Assembly (NCBI RefSeq): GCF_009914755.1
Contig: NC_060935.1
DNA: 64,000 nucleotides
DNA from: the human T2T-CHM13v2.0 reference genome, Homo sapiens
Direction: 5' to 3' (one strand)
Shown: piece after piece, positions 29,331 to 43,201 of the stretch
Layout: each line of letters begins with the position of its first letter
Numbering within the stretch: position 1 is the first letter of the stretch
Program-made: the position numbers and the translations under genes
Notes under the pieces: generated by a model
The model's database searches: none
Told to the model about the DNA's origin: nothing
The model's input: the letters and a program-made list of their open reading frames with translations, nothing else

Positions 29331-30650
29331 AATTGTTACAAGTCTACTTCCTCTCTGTAGAAAATGACCATTTGTGCAGGTTTTCCAGGGACCACAGTAT
29401 CATGGTGTGAGAGAAACAATGGACTGGGAATGCAGTGTCTCTGTATGAATGTGCTGCACCCTAGCTGAGTGACGTTCCCTCTCCGGGCTTTGCTTCTCGC
29501 ATTGCAAATTGAGAAGAGATGGGGTTTGATGACCTGTGAGGTCCTTCTTCTATTAGCTCTCTGAGTTATTACATGAATGGAAATTCTGCATCCAGGTGTT
29601 AGGAGAGATAGTTGGTGAGTAGCCAGACAGCCTTCTTCAGTTGAAAGAAAACCGTCAACACGTGCCTTTTGCACTTCAGAATTCCATCTCCCCTGAGACA
29701 GCAAGAGGGCACCGAACACTCTAGTCCCTAAAGTTTCCCTTTTGCAGCCCCATTTTCTATGTGGCTTCAGGGAGTTTTATTCTTCAGCAGCTATGATGAG
29801 CACCTGCTTTGTCGTATCAAATGCCATAGCAATTTACTGCCAAAGTGCCTTTGGTCAATTGGTGTATGAGAAATGGCTGGGCTATTGTGGCCAGAGAATG
29901 AATTTAATCCACTACGATACACAGTGAAGCTAGCATCACTTTCCTCATACAGATCCTGGGCACATTTGAGACTTGTCAGCTGGGCCAAATGCCAATGCGG
30001 TGAGGGCTCTGCCGGAGGGCTCTCCAGCTGTGTTTGGAGCTGGTACATCTATGTACACTCTCTAGACTTGAAGAGTGTGAGACAAAAGCCATGGGCAATG
30101 AACTCATTCTTTAATTGCATCTTTGCAGTAGCCCTGTGTAACTGGAAATGAGGAAAAGAAAGTTTCTGGGTTAGTTCTCTCCCACTAGGCTGCTGTATGC
30201 TACAGTTGCTCACCTAACTTGGCCAAATGCTTTTCTGCTTTAATATAAAAGTGATGGGTTGCTGCAATTTAAGTAATTTGGTGTGGTCCCATGGCCTCGG
30301 GGCTCACGTTTGGTCCCATGGGTTACCATGAGGCTTTTGTAAATGTTAGCTCAACAAAGCTACAGAGCCACCTGTGTGACAGCGGAGGACACGGTTTTGA
30401 AGGAACTATTCAGGCTGAGCTCAGCAGTGGTAGCACTGAAGCTTGCATACATGGCTTCAGAGTCAGATTGAGTACAGTTTTCTTAGAGCATGGCCTCGGC
30501 TGGTAACAGCTGCATGGACTTCTCCAGGTACTTGGTACCCAAGATGATACAATTTTGAATTTCAATATATAGGGTCAGAAACCCAGATGTTTGTATTTAT
30601 TCATTTATTGGTAAAAATTGGAAGAAAGGTGATTCTTCTCTAAAACCTAG

Positions 30651-30957
<307 letters not shown>

Positions 30958-31899
30958 GAGAGGCAGATTTTTAATGACATATTCTATTCCAGAAAACTGA
31001 TGCTAAAATGCACCCGGATAAAAGCCCACGGGTTTGGAAGAAAGGCGAAGGAGCAGACTTCCTGGAAGCATAACTGAGAAAACATCCCTAGGGACCTCAG
31101 GAAATGCTCTCTACGCTCCCCCGGGGTAAGGTCGCTGACCGCAATCTGGCAATGTTGGAGTTGGACCCATTTGGATTTAAATTCTGACCCTGTGGGTTGC
31201 CAGCTCTGTGATCTTAGGCAAGATACTTCCTGTTTTCTCACTGAAAACAGGCATGATGATGCTGAGTTTGCAGGACTGATTGAAGGATGAACGTAATCAG
31301 TAGAGTGCCTGGTACAAAGTAGTCATGTGATCATGGCAACTGCTGTTGGAACAGGACCTGCACACCTCCCTGTCCCTTTCTTAGTGGAGACTAATACTAG
31401 CTTGTTTAGATAGTTCCAAAATATGTTGAACCTGGGGTGAGGTATTGGTAAGGGAGTGAGTAAAGAGGTGAGATAGCTTAAGATTGCAGCTGAGAGAGAC
31501 CACTGGCTGTGAGGGCTCTGGAGGATGTGGGGCATTGAGCAGGGCACTGGGAGCCAGCCACAGCCAAGCTTCCTGGCTAGGTCAAAGGGTAATGTGTCCA
31601 TCCTGCAATGGAGACGGGCCCCAAGCCAACCTTGGGAAATGTTGAAGTCGTTCATTCAACATATGTGAATTGATCCCTGCCATGCACTAGGCTCTGCTTT
31701 CACAAAGAAAGACAGAAACAGTCCATACCTTCAAAAAGCACAAACTTCAGGAGGAGCTAGCTTATCCTCTGTCCTTGATTAAATAAATAAACAAATAAAC
31801 AGACAAATATTTTTTTTAAACCATCAGAGATTCTGGGAAGAAAGCCATTTGGAACAAATAACCCTAAATCCCTTTCATCTCAGGAACATCCTGCCTGTT

Positions 31900-32110
31900 G
31901 GATAGTCTTAAGAGCATTGATTTTAAGAGTCAGAACTGAATTTGAATTCTGGCTCTGCTATCCAATAGCAGGAAGACTTTGGACAAGACCGCCGACTACT
32001 CTGAAACAGTTTATTTTATGTATAAAATGTGGAAGGAGTAGTTCTATCTACCCTTGCAGGATTGCTCTGAGAATGAGTTAAGATGGTGTGTGCAATCATC
32101 AAGTACAGAG
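31900..32110 (+). mobile_element. MIR SINE
   Basis: aagagcattgattttaagagtcagaactgaatttgaattctggctctgc..gactttggacaag..tataaaatg. Confidence 0.65.
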
Positions 32111-32948
32111 TAAAGGATGATGAAATATTAGGTGAGTTGGAACTAAGGCAAGAATTGCTAATCCATAAAACAGCATCTTGTGTGGGGGTTCTGCTTTTAA
32201 AGAAAGAGGTGTTCTAGAATACTAGGTTCTCAAAGGTTACTCTCCAACACCAGCTGAAAGCAAGCTTGGCTCTGGCTGGTAATTGGGTGACCTTCTCCCT
32301 TCTGGAAAGGCCTGAAGTGGCTGCTAACCACAGGTAAAATCTTCCTAATGAATGGCAGCTATTCTGAGGAAGCGTATTCAGTAGCCCAGTACTTTCTGTG
32401 GGCAAATGCCACATTTAAGGACTCTTTCTCTATTTATGGTTAGCAATAATTCAATTGAACTAGAATGGCTGCTACAAATATCAGGCTTAATTAAATATTT
32501 TCAGGGATAAATGGAAAGTGAGAACATGTAATTATGCCCTTTACCATTATTCCAGCACCTCCTCCTTCACCCTTTTTAATGTTAAAAATTAATGGCTTCT
32601 TCATGCCTGAAGTTAAGCATCTTTAAAAATATAAGCTGAAATGAAGATGCAAAGCCACAAAATAAACTGAGTGACAACACAGTGACAACAACAAAATACT
32701 TTGGGGACAGGTATACAGACAAATAAGATTTCCTTTAGAATATAGAAAGAATAGTTAGAGACCAGATATGGTTAAGAGACAAGTTTCAGAAATGACAAAG
32801 GGATCCATTTGTGTGGACATTATGGCCAGAGCAGGTCCATGCAGCTACGAGGGAAGCTCAGCAGGGGTAAGACACATAGCAACAACAACAACAAAAATGA
32901 ACAAATAAAAATTCTACTTTTGAGAGGCTACGTGTCTTGGTAAATTGC

Positions 32949-32986
32949 TAGGTTTGTGCAAAAGTCATCATGGTTTTTGCCATTAC

Positions 32987-32990
<4 letters not shown>
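32949..32990. mobile_element. Half of a MADE1 (Hsmar1-derived MITE)
   Basis: taggtttgtgcaaaagtcatcatggtttttgccattactttt matches one arm of the MADE1 palindrome (ttaggttggtgcaaaagtaattgcggtttttgccattactttt). Confidence 0.75.
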
Positions 32991-33277
<287 letters not shown>

Positions 33278-35560
33278 TAGATTTTTTAGAAGAAAATTTG
33301 GTTGAAGGCTTAAAACAGAATAAAGCCACACCTACCACATAAGAACGGGGAATTTCAAGCCTGGCCATCCTGGCACTAAGCTTTTGCTGCTGCATTCAGG
33401 GGTGGCTCACCACCCTCTTGAGTGGCAGGTGTTGACAATCACAGTACCCAAACTCAGCACAGAGCTCTCAGAAAAAAATATAGAAGCTTCCTGCTGAGAT
33501 CCTGCCTCATGAGAGATTTTGAAGCTTAAAAATGTAGTGTATATAACAAGCCATGAAGGTATTGGAATGTGTCACTGGTTTTCCTTTCCATGATTACAAT
33601 GAAAATATGACATCGATCTCCAGCAACCATAAACTATATAGCTGAAATTCTACTAAAATGGCAGATGGTAGGGTGACCACACTAAAAAAGAAAAGAAAAA
33701 AAAAGCCCCTAGGCAAGTTGAGCTTGTTGACAGCACAGTGAGATTAATGAAATATCTGAAGTCTAAGAAGATACGGTTTTGTTCTGAAATCTGGATAGGT
33801 TTTGTAAGTATGATTATGAACTGTGTGACCTTCCTAATGAGGAACCAAAAGGATAATGATGTTCTTGGTGATTAAAAGAGGAGCAAAGAAATCTAATTAG
33901 ATGATGTATGTGTTACACTTGTTGGTGAAACATAAAGCTATTTTTAGAGGTGCTGGCTGATGAAGGCACATCACTTCCCTTCAAAGGGAACTTTTCCTCC
34001 ATTGAGTTTAATTACAGCGGCAAACGTGGCGCTGTGTTGTTTCACAAGTAAGATCAACCAACGAGGCTCTGCAGCACAACTGAAACCAGTCGATAAAGAG
34101 GCAACCATCTTTCTTCTGTTCTCCTTAACACACCCTGTTTTGTGCTTACTACAAAAACAAAAGCTTAAGAAGTTAATATCAGAAGTTAATTCAAATCCGT
34201 CAGCTCATCACAAACCTGGAAGAGACAAGACTTGAGTCTATGTTGAACCATAAGCTCTGTGTCTGTGCTGACATCAGCACACCCTGAACGCTCAATGTTA
34301 AATTCTAAATGCTCAGGCTAATAGCCAGATGTCAATGATTCAGAGCGAGGAGGGCGGGGTACGAGCAAACCACAAGGAACCTCATCAAGAATGAAATGGG
34401 AAATGTCTGCAGTTTTTTTCTAATATGTTGACATTTTGCAGGTTGGGGGAAAATACAAATGATTACGCTGCTGTCATCAGCCAAAAGCAATGGTGTTTCT
34501 CTCTGACTCATTCCCTTCCCACCTGGATTTAAATTGTGGAGTTGAAAAATAAAAATCATACACGTTATCAGCAGGAAATGGACAAATATGTGCAGCTTTT
34601 GATGTCTCTGCAAGAAGATATCATGTGATGAACGTCTTCCTAAACAGAGAATTGGAATATGTGGTATAGCCTCCTTCAAAAGGGAGATCTGGGATGGGGG
34701 TCCCTAAATTTTAAATTAGATTTGGAACATACAGGAGGCCAGAACGCAAGGGAAAGTCAGAAAAATAGTCATTTGGCTTCCCTGAGGGGAGGGGACTACA
34801 AGTCCTCTTGGGTATTTGGCTTTTCTTTGGTTAGTGAGAGGTATGAAACTGTATAGAGGCTATAACTGATGCCCTCATTGGCTGGAAGATATATTTATTA
34901 ATTCAACAAACAGTTACTGGGCAACGCTCACTGGAAGATATAGTGTTACATCTTCTAAGTGCAGAAAATGACACAAACAAAATATAAGCATAGGGGTAAT
35001 CTACCATGAGAGCCCAAAAGATGAGGGATTGATTCTTCAGCGGAGCTCACAAATGCTTTACATATGGGGCATCATTGAGCAGAGTCCAGAAAGTATGCAC
35101 TCATCAGGCAGAGAAGAGGGCACAAGCCTGCCTCTGAGACCCTCCAGCACACTGGGAGACACAGTATATGGGTTAGAAAGAAACAGGGGATTAAGATCAG
35201 ACAGACCTAGGTACAAAACCTGTTGCTGTCCCTTGCCCCTTCCATCCATGGTGGAATCCCTCCTACCTGGGGGAATTCAGTAACATCATTTGTTCTTTGA
35301 GCTCTAGGCTCTTCTTCTGTCCAATGAAAAATGATAACAATATCAATCTCAAAGTGTTCTTATGTGTCTAAAGCCATGTGTGGCTGACACTCGATAGCTG
35401 GCAGCTTCTTCATTCCTCAAGCATGGCACTTCCTATATTTTATTGTAACTGTCTATTTACTTGTTTGTGCAAGATCAGAAATTCTGTTTCTCCTGGTACT
35501 TTAGTCCTTAGTATAATTCCTGGCATACAGTAGGCACTAAACAAATATTTGTTGACTAGA

Positions 35561-35620
35561 TGAATGGATGGAGGGATGGATGGATGGATGGATGGATGGA
35601 TGGATGGATGGATGGATGGA
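35561..35620. repeat. (GGAT)n tetranucleotide repeat at the tail of a plus-strand L2 3' end (~35420-35570)
   Basis: Directly visible. Preceded by cctggcatacagtaggcactaaacaaatatttgttga. Confidence 0.92.
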
Positions 35621-36239
35621 GAGTGGCAACAGCATGATGTGTAACGGGATCTGGGACACAGGGGGCCCAGCCTGGTGGATGCAGGGAAGGTTGCAGGTGG
35701 AGTGCTGGGGACACTTGAAGCTATAAGGCTACACTGATCTCACAGCGAGAACAGCCTTAATGCCAAGCTGTTCTGGGAGGCAGAAGTTTTCAGCAATCGA
35801 AATGACAAGGTTCATTCTGAGTTTTGGAAATGTCACTTGGCCCTGCTGTGGCAAACCGACAGGAGTTGGATTGCCGAAGAAAGATGAGGGAACCAGTGAG
35901 AGGATATCACAATTGTCCATGTGAGACGTGTGCCACAATGTGAGTGATAATGGAGATGGAGAAGTCAGAGGAAAGGCCATTTGGTGGGACTTGATGGCTA
36001 ACAGATGTGAGGAGTGAGGGAGAGGAGGAAGTCAAAAATGACCAGAGATTCTAGAGAGTGTGCAGGGGAAGAGCGAGGCATGCCCCGAGCGTTCCCAGCG
36101 GAGAAGGGCTGCCTTTGAGACCCCTGCGGAATATTCAGGGAGAGAGAGTGGCTTGTAGCTCAGAATTCAGGAGAGAACTAAAGACACAAATTCAGGAATT
36201 ATCAGGCTGTTGTTCAGAGGCCATCAATCTTCAGTGTGC

Positions 36240-36385
36240 ATAGGATTCCCTGGGAGAGCTTCTTAAAAAGTACATTCTCAGGACCTTCCCTAGAGATTTC
36301 GATTAAATGATTCTGGGGCAAGGCTCACATATCTGCATTTTTAAAGCATCCGGAATAAGGCTAATGCAGGCCAACAAATACCTCA
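36240..36385. mobile_element. MER5-family hAT DNA transposon
   Basis: ctgggagagcttcttaaaaag..ccctagagatttcgatt..ctgggg..atctgcatttttaaagc. Confidence 0.65.
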
Positions 36386-38629
36386 CCACTGGGTGCCTGA
36401 AGGTACAGAAGAGCCCTTCCCCTCTCACCATAGGCTGACCCCCGGGAAGACTGATAGGGCAGGTGCCGGAGGAGCTAGAAGCAGACTGAGGAAGGTAAGG
36501 AGACAGTCACCACCCGGTTATATCACATAAGCCAGAAGTGGGGCATTGTGGGGTGAGAGGGGCTCTGGCACTGAGACGAGGTCGGGTGTTAGAGGGAGAC
36601 AGATCGTGGTAGCTGAGGCATAAGTAGGTTTGAGAAAGGCAGATACAATGCGAATTCTCCCTCCCAGAGGCCTGTGGCTGGAGGGAAGAAAAGGCACGGG
36701 TGAGGCATGGAGGTCGCACTGAAGAGAAGCTCAGTCTTTGTGCCCCCTCTCCATGTCCCAGCTAGAGCCACCTGGGGATAGGTGTAGTTGTGAAGACGCC
36801 CTAATACAGACATGGAACGAGAAGATGGAGGGGGAAGAGGAGGGAGGTGGGGGATAAGGCAGCGGCGATGAGGGCTCTGCCCATGGGTGGGATGGTTTCC
36901 CATGAGAAGGAGGTCAGCAAAGGGCAGATGAGAGCCGCTGCCTGGTGCAGGCTCTGGCAGAAGGAAGTCCGGCTCAGAGAGCCAGTCTGATATGTATATT
37001 TATTCTAGAAGAATGGCCATTAGCAAAAGAAAATAGAGATTACGCCCTCATGGCTCCCAGGAGCCGCGAGGCAGGCTGGAGTCACAGCTGCTCCAAGAGG
37101 GCTCAGGCTTGGCCTGAGGAAGAAACTCTGTGCACAGATGTTGACTTAACTGGAGCGTTTTCCTTTTTCACTTGCGATGACAGGATTCCTATGAGTTGTC
37201 CCTGCGCCCTACACTTAACTCTTAATGTAACTGATTTGTGTCGCTGCAATTTCACAGATAAAATGTGAGAAATTTGTTTTTCTCTCTGCAGTCTCCCCCC
37301 TCCGTCTTGGCTTTGTTTGCGTTCTCTCTCCCCTTCCCCTGCCAGTTCCAGTCATCCAGGCGTTTACATGCCTCATTAAGCACGTCGCACTCTCTGCAGT
37401 GCCAGATGTAATCAAGTCCAGAATCTTCCTTCTCTGCACACTAAGGACAGGATGGGGGGATGGGGCTTCTTGCTCAAGGCCCAGAGGGGACAAAGGGGGT
37501 TGGCGAACTGAGAGAAAGTGAGTCACCTCCACAAGGGACAGAGCTGTGGTCAGCAAGCTGAAACCCAGCCACCCCTGCTGTACTTAGGCCTGGCAAGACT
37601 TCGAGGTGCCAAGGGGCTCCCTGTGGACCTTCCAATGGCTGCACCCACTCAGTAAAGCTAACGAATGCTTAGAGCAAGCTGATTTGCAATGGTTGGAGCA
37701 AGCTACTGTGCAAAGATTGTCCATGGTTATGGTTGATAGCTTTTGGAGACCTGTTCCTTGCCTTTTGTTCCCATTGTTTCCCAAATTCAGCCCAGACACT
37801 TAGAAAGCTGAAAGTAACCTTGGAGTTCATCTTGCTCTGCTTTTCTGTTTTACGCATGACTTAGGAACAGACAGCATCACAGTTTGTCTGTATCAGAGTC
37901 AGGACTGGAACCCCGTGTTCCTTGCTGCTGGCGTTGACCGCCTTTCCACATCGGGCCACTTTTCCAGCACCTGCAGTTGCCTGGGGCTAAGGAAAGTGGG
38001 TGGTCTAAAATATGGCTGTGAGTTGGCGCTCTGCCTAGCTGACCACTCTGTCCTTGTGGCTCTGTGTGGGGAAGGCAACCGGTGTGATAAAGAAGAAGCA
38101 TTTCATATCAGTGCCAACAGCTGTTTCATCTTGGACGATCACCTACCATGTTGTCACTCACACGTTTCTAGTCATTTCAGGTTTCCAACCACTCACCAAC
38201 CCATTGTCTCCAGTTTTTGCCCTCTGCATTCTTTCAAAATTGCTTATATCCCATTTTCCTTTGCTCTTTGCTTGTAGGTATGAAATATATAAAAGATGTA
38301 GTGTGAGAGAGGCACGCTGTGAAGGGATCACGGGGCAGAGTCAAAGAGGGCTCTCAGAAAACAGACTGACCGTCTGTGAGAGTAAATACAAATGCATGCC
38401 TGCAGATGGGGACTGTGTGTTGGGGAAGTAGGAGCATACGGGTTGCAAATCTAAAAATTGTCCTTTACAAGAATGGCTTCAGAAGTAGATAGAAGAAAGG
38501 AGAATTTGATGTGGGAGATGGGTCCAAGAAGACTAATTGCTGATATGAGGCTCCATTTGGAAAGTCACCATGTCCATGATGGGTTGCCAGGTCTTATGAG
38601 CTGGATTGCAATAGGAGCAAAGTGCTCCA

Positions 38630-38850
38630 GCATGGGAATGGGAGTATATAGCCTCAAATCCCAGCACAAGCACTGATAAGCCAGGGTGTTTTGAGTTATC
38701 TGCCTAACCTCTCAATTTCCTCAAGTGTAAAATCAGGATAAATATAGTACTTACTTCATAGAGTCACTAAGGGTGATAAAAAAGGAAAAGCACTTAGTCT
38801 AGTACCCTGTACACAGTAAATGGTTGGTAATAATTAGGCATAATTATGGG
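38630..38850 (+). mobile_element. MIR SINE
   Basis: tcaaatcccagc..taacctctcaatttcctcaagtgtaaaatcaggataaatatagtacttacttcatag. Confidence 0.65.
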
Positions 38851-40113
38851 GGCATTGAGGACTAGGAAGAGCATCCCTGGCCAGGAGAAAGAGCAGGTCA
38901 ACCAGACACTATCTGTCTGATCTTGTGCTGAAACTATTGCCACACAGTCATAGGATCAGAGAATTGTGCCTTGTAGGGACCACAGAAACCAAACATCTTA
39001 TCCAAAATGCCTTCACTGATTAAAAATATAAAAGACCCACTGAGATTGACCTTCCCAAAGCCATTCAGCCAGCGAGCAGCATAGGGTGAGACACATACCC
39101 CTTCCTCTATGCCATGGCATTTCAATTCCTGACAGCTAAATTGTGGCTGTGACCAATACGTCCTTTCCATCCCCACATATATTCACACATTCATTCATTC
39201 CACAAAGTTTTCCTGTGAGCTACTGTGTGTAGAACCTTGTATTAGGTCCTAGGGATTAAGCCAGGTATAGCCCCTATGTTCCTGGAGCTTACAGGATAAA
39301 GAGGAAGAAATACTTTAAACAAACAACTTTTGAAATATTAAACAAAAACAAAATTACAACTAGAAGATAAAGTCTATAGAAACAAGGAATCTATCTGTTG
39401 AGTCACTGCTGTCTCCTGATCACATAGAACAGTGCCTGGCTTGTAACGGGTCCTAAATGCATGTTTGCTAAATGAATGCTAGACAATGCTCTGTGTGAGT
39501 GCAGCAGTCAAAGGCGCGGAATGAGTGGATGCAGAATTGGGGACTGGCCTGCTCAGAGAGGTCAGGAAAGTCTTCCTTCAGGAAGGGATGCTGAATGCAA
39601 GTGTGTGCCAACAGGGTGAAGTGAGATAGGGTGGGTTATAGGGACCGTGAATGCTGGAGAGGAAGGGCACAGGGGACTTTGGAGGAAGGAAAAGAAGTCC
39701 AGTTGAGCAGTGACTCTGGCAGGCATATGGGGGGAAGAGGCGATAGCATGGGCCATGTCACAATAAGTGTTGGCGGGTACCAGTAGAAACACGACAGTAT
39801 TCAGTGAGTCATGCCGCTTTGATGAACATTGTCTTATTGACAATTCACAGTGACACTCTCATGTCCACAGGTCAGAAAATATCACCCTACTTAGCCGAGT
39901 GGACTCAGGCCTGTGGTTTTTGTTTGTGGTCGAATCCACACATCTAAATGTAGCATTTATGGGATTCTGAATGGACACAACCTGATTTAATCCTGTCACC
40001 AGTCTCTTGAAGCAGGCGTTAATGTCCCAATAGCATATATGTGGGAAGGAAGACTCAGCAAGTTTAAGTGAATTGGGATGTGAAGGCTGAATTGGGATGT
40101 AAATGTCTGCCTG

Positions 40114-40508
40114 TGCTATGGGCTGAATCGCATCCCTCTACTACCGAATGTCTATGTTGATGCTCTAACCCCCAGTATGTCTGTATTTGGAGGTGGCACC
40201 TATAGGGAAGTAATTAAGGTTAAGTGAGGTCATAAGGGTGGGACCCTGATCCAATATAGTTACTGTCCTTATCAGAAGAGACACCAGAAAGCTCCCTCTC
40301 TCTCTTTTTCTATGAGAATTCAGAGGAGAAACCATGTGAGGACATAGCAGCTGTCTGCAAGCCATGAGGTGAGCCCTCACAGGAACCACCTTGGCAGAAA
40401 CCTGCATCTTGGACTTCTAGCCTCCAGGACTTTGAGATAATAAATGTCTGTTGTTTAAGCTATCCCATCGGTAGTATTTTGTTACAGCAACACAAGCCAA
40501 CTAAGACA
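40114..40508 (+). mobile_element. MLT1A-type MaLR LTR (antisense to OPCML)
   Basis: Starts tgctatgggctgaat, contains gtaattaaggttaagtgaggtcataagggtggg and aataaatgtctgttgtttaagc, ends actaagaca. Confidence 0.9.
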
Positions 40509-41701
40509 GTTTTGGTATACACTGGTTGTTGTTATCTGCCATGACACACCTCTTTCTTAGTGAAGGGCAGAGAGAGACAAGAAGGGCCATTGGGTTGTCA
40601 GTCCTGTGCCCTTCTCTGCATCATACTCCCTGCAACAGCAATCCCACCAACCATGGGGATAATGGCAGGTTGTGGCAGGGAAGTGACTCAATCCCACCCT
40701 ATCCTCTCAGTGTTTTTAAGACTAAGGCATGGGTGTTCCTGGTCACTGGGATGCGGGCAGCACTATACATCTGTGAGTGTCTTGGATCAAGAGCTGTGAG
40801 CAGTGATAGTTGAGGAGCTGATTTCAGGTCTAGAAAATTCAAATGTCATCTCTTTGCATGTGAATGAGATTGACATCTTAGAACAGTAGGGTTGAGGGTC
40901 TTCCAGTTCTGGAAGCAGAGCTGAGCAGCAGCTACTGCTTCTTCTAAATGCCTCAGCGACTGTGTAAGAGTGTGTGTGAGTGCATGCATGTGTGTGCCTG
41001 TTTCTCTTTGCTGACGCTGTGGGCAAATGCTCCAATACCTAATACAGGGCTCCATCTCTAGGTCTCATCCAGTATCTGTTCATTAGCTAAGTGGTCTTCA
41101 GTGTTACCCAAGCTCTTTAGTCCTCCTTTCACTTACCTGTAAAATGGGGTTAATAACCTGCCTTGCACAGCCCTGACATGATGCCTAGAAACCAGTACAC
41201 GTTTGGTAAATAGCAGATATTATGATTATAATAATGATCCCAAGTACTTTTATTTTAAAATAAAGTTTTTAGAACTAAACCATTAGCCCTGTTTGCCTTG
41301 GGCTAAAAGAATAAAACATTCATAGTAGGGTGACGTCCCCACTGAGACAGTTATCTATTAATCCAGTTGGTCTCTGGGCTGGGTTGCTCTTGGTGCTGCT
41401 GTGTACAGAAATAGCAGAATGAGCATTCTTTTCAAAGATGACCAAATATAAGGTTCTTGTTTTGGGGGCAAAAACCCCTTCCCCTGAAACACATAAAGCT
41501 ATTCCACAGAGTGCATTTGAAAGCCATCATATTCTACATGCTTATTATCTAAACTGTGTAAACCAAGCCCCTTGAGGTCTATCTACCTCAGAGACATAAA
41601 TTACAGAGGTGAAGCAGGCAAGCCTATCTTTGAAGTAGGCTAAAACTCAAAGGCATAGGCATTCAGGCAGGCAGAGGTAGGAAGGAACATGCTGTACCCA
41701 C

Positions 41702-41728
41702 CTGCCACTGCTGATGAGGGGCTTATTT
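41702..41728 (-). CDS. OPCML: OPCML alternative 27-nt microexon, inserting EISPSSAVA between Ig3 and the GPI signal
   Basis: gtgtcttag|AAATAAGCCCCTCATCAGCAGTGGCAG|gtgggt. Phase 1/1, frame-preserving and stop-free. It sits where the IgLON paralogues NTM and LSAMP carry juxtamembrane cassette exons, and the peptide matches my recollection of an OPCML isoform. Confidence 0.85.
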
Positions 41729-42628
41729 CTAAGACACACACAGCACAATGCACACACAATGCAGAGAGAAAACAAAAGACATAGATCACACATTTCAGAT
41801 GGTTGGTGGACAAAGTTTACTTAATGTCAGTGCTGAAAGCTTGTGTCTGAGGTGCACGTGGAAACGTGGATACCTCTCTTCATCCTTCATCCTCTCATCC
41901 TACTCATCGGATGCTTCCCTCTAATCAAACCTCAGCAAATAAACAAATACATATGCACATACAGTATCACAACAAGCTGGCCCTGGCCCATGGTGTGAAA
42001 TGTTGCAGAAGGATATGGATGCGGCAGTGTGGGAAAATGGAGTTAGGGAGACATAGGGGCTTTAAAGGAGGTCAGTCCTGGCTCCCAAGCCTTCTCCACC
42101 CATATGGGAGGGAAAGATCTTCAGAGAGGGTTTGCTGCTCCAGTTGTGGATAGAGCAGCCACCTGATAAGGTCTCAGACTACTACTCCATTCTTCCCCAT
42201 GGATGAGAATACGAAATGCAAGCAACATGAGAATCATGATGGAAGCAGGTGACTTGGTTTAAAGCAACAAATATCACCCCCAGAATCAGAGACTCCAACT
42301 ACAGAAGGCATCTTAAAATTACACAGTTGAATTGACCCATGGTTCTATCTTCTTTATACAAAAACCATTCTACCTGATTCACAGTTTGGTTTACTGCTAT
42401 TGTAAGGGCAAACTTTGCCTTTTAATGACCATGAAATATCAATTACTGTGTAACTATCTCTGCATGGCATGCTAGGGGAATGGCAGGGAGAAGTATGTCT
42501 TATCTACAGGTGGTGGGTTGAGTAGGATGGATGGACACAGGCCAAGCAGATTGCAACTTCCTCCCTCCTGAGTCCCTCAAGCTTCCCCATGTGGCTGAGC
42601 CCACTGCATCCAGGCTTCCAGCACTCAC

Positions 42629-42780
42629 CATACAATGTGATGCTGGCATTGGTGTTCCCAAGCTTGTTCGTGGCCACACAAGTATAGTTCCCATAATCCT
42701 TTTCTGAAACATTGAAGAAAGTCAGAGTGGACATGCGGCCTTTGTTTTCAATCCTCATTCCATCCAGACCAGTGGCTAAC
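42629..42780 (-). CDS. OPCML: OPCML coding exon (152 nt), second half of Ig domain 3
   Basis: Acceptor cctcttgcag|GTTAG, donor TATG|gtgagt. Encodes (R)[50 protein letters not shown](G), with the DYGNYTC motif and NVS/NYT/NAS sequons. Phase 2/1. Confidence 0.97.
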
Positions 42781-43201
42781 CTGCAAGAGGGAAGACATTG
42801 CCATCAATTCATTCTACAAAGAGGCCCTCCTCCTCACCAAACTCTTTTCTCCAACTAATCTCGTCCTTCAAACTCAAACCCTAAGCACTTCAGTGTCCAA
42901 CAGGAGGAGAAGGGAAATGATGCTCTTGCCCAATGGGATAAATGTACTGGCTTCTAATTCCCAACGACTGACATGTCTACAACCAGTCTCAGATTCAGAA
43001 TCATGGTCAGTTCATTTTCTCCACTTCCCAGCCTCCTCCATTTTTTTTCTCATTGTAAAAATAGACTTTGTTACAAAAGAGGGCATAGTATATTTCTGTT
43101 TTGCCTTATCTTTCCCCTTTTCTTCATCCTCATCCTTCTCCCATGTGGGGATAGACCATCAGCTCTGCTTCAGAACTGTCCAGGTGTCATTTAAAAGGTA
43201 C

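Noticed and set aside
39185-39480. Oppositely oriented L2 3' ends as a possible miR-28/151-type hairpin
   Set aside because: The arms are too diverged to pair extensively.
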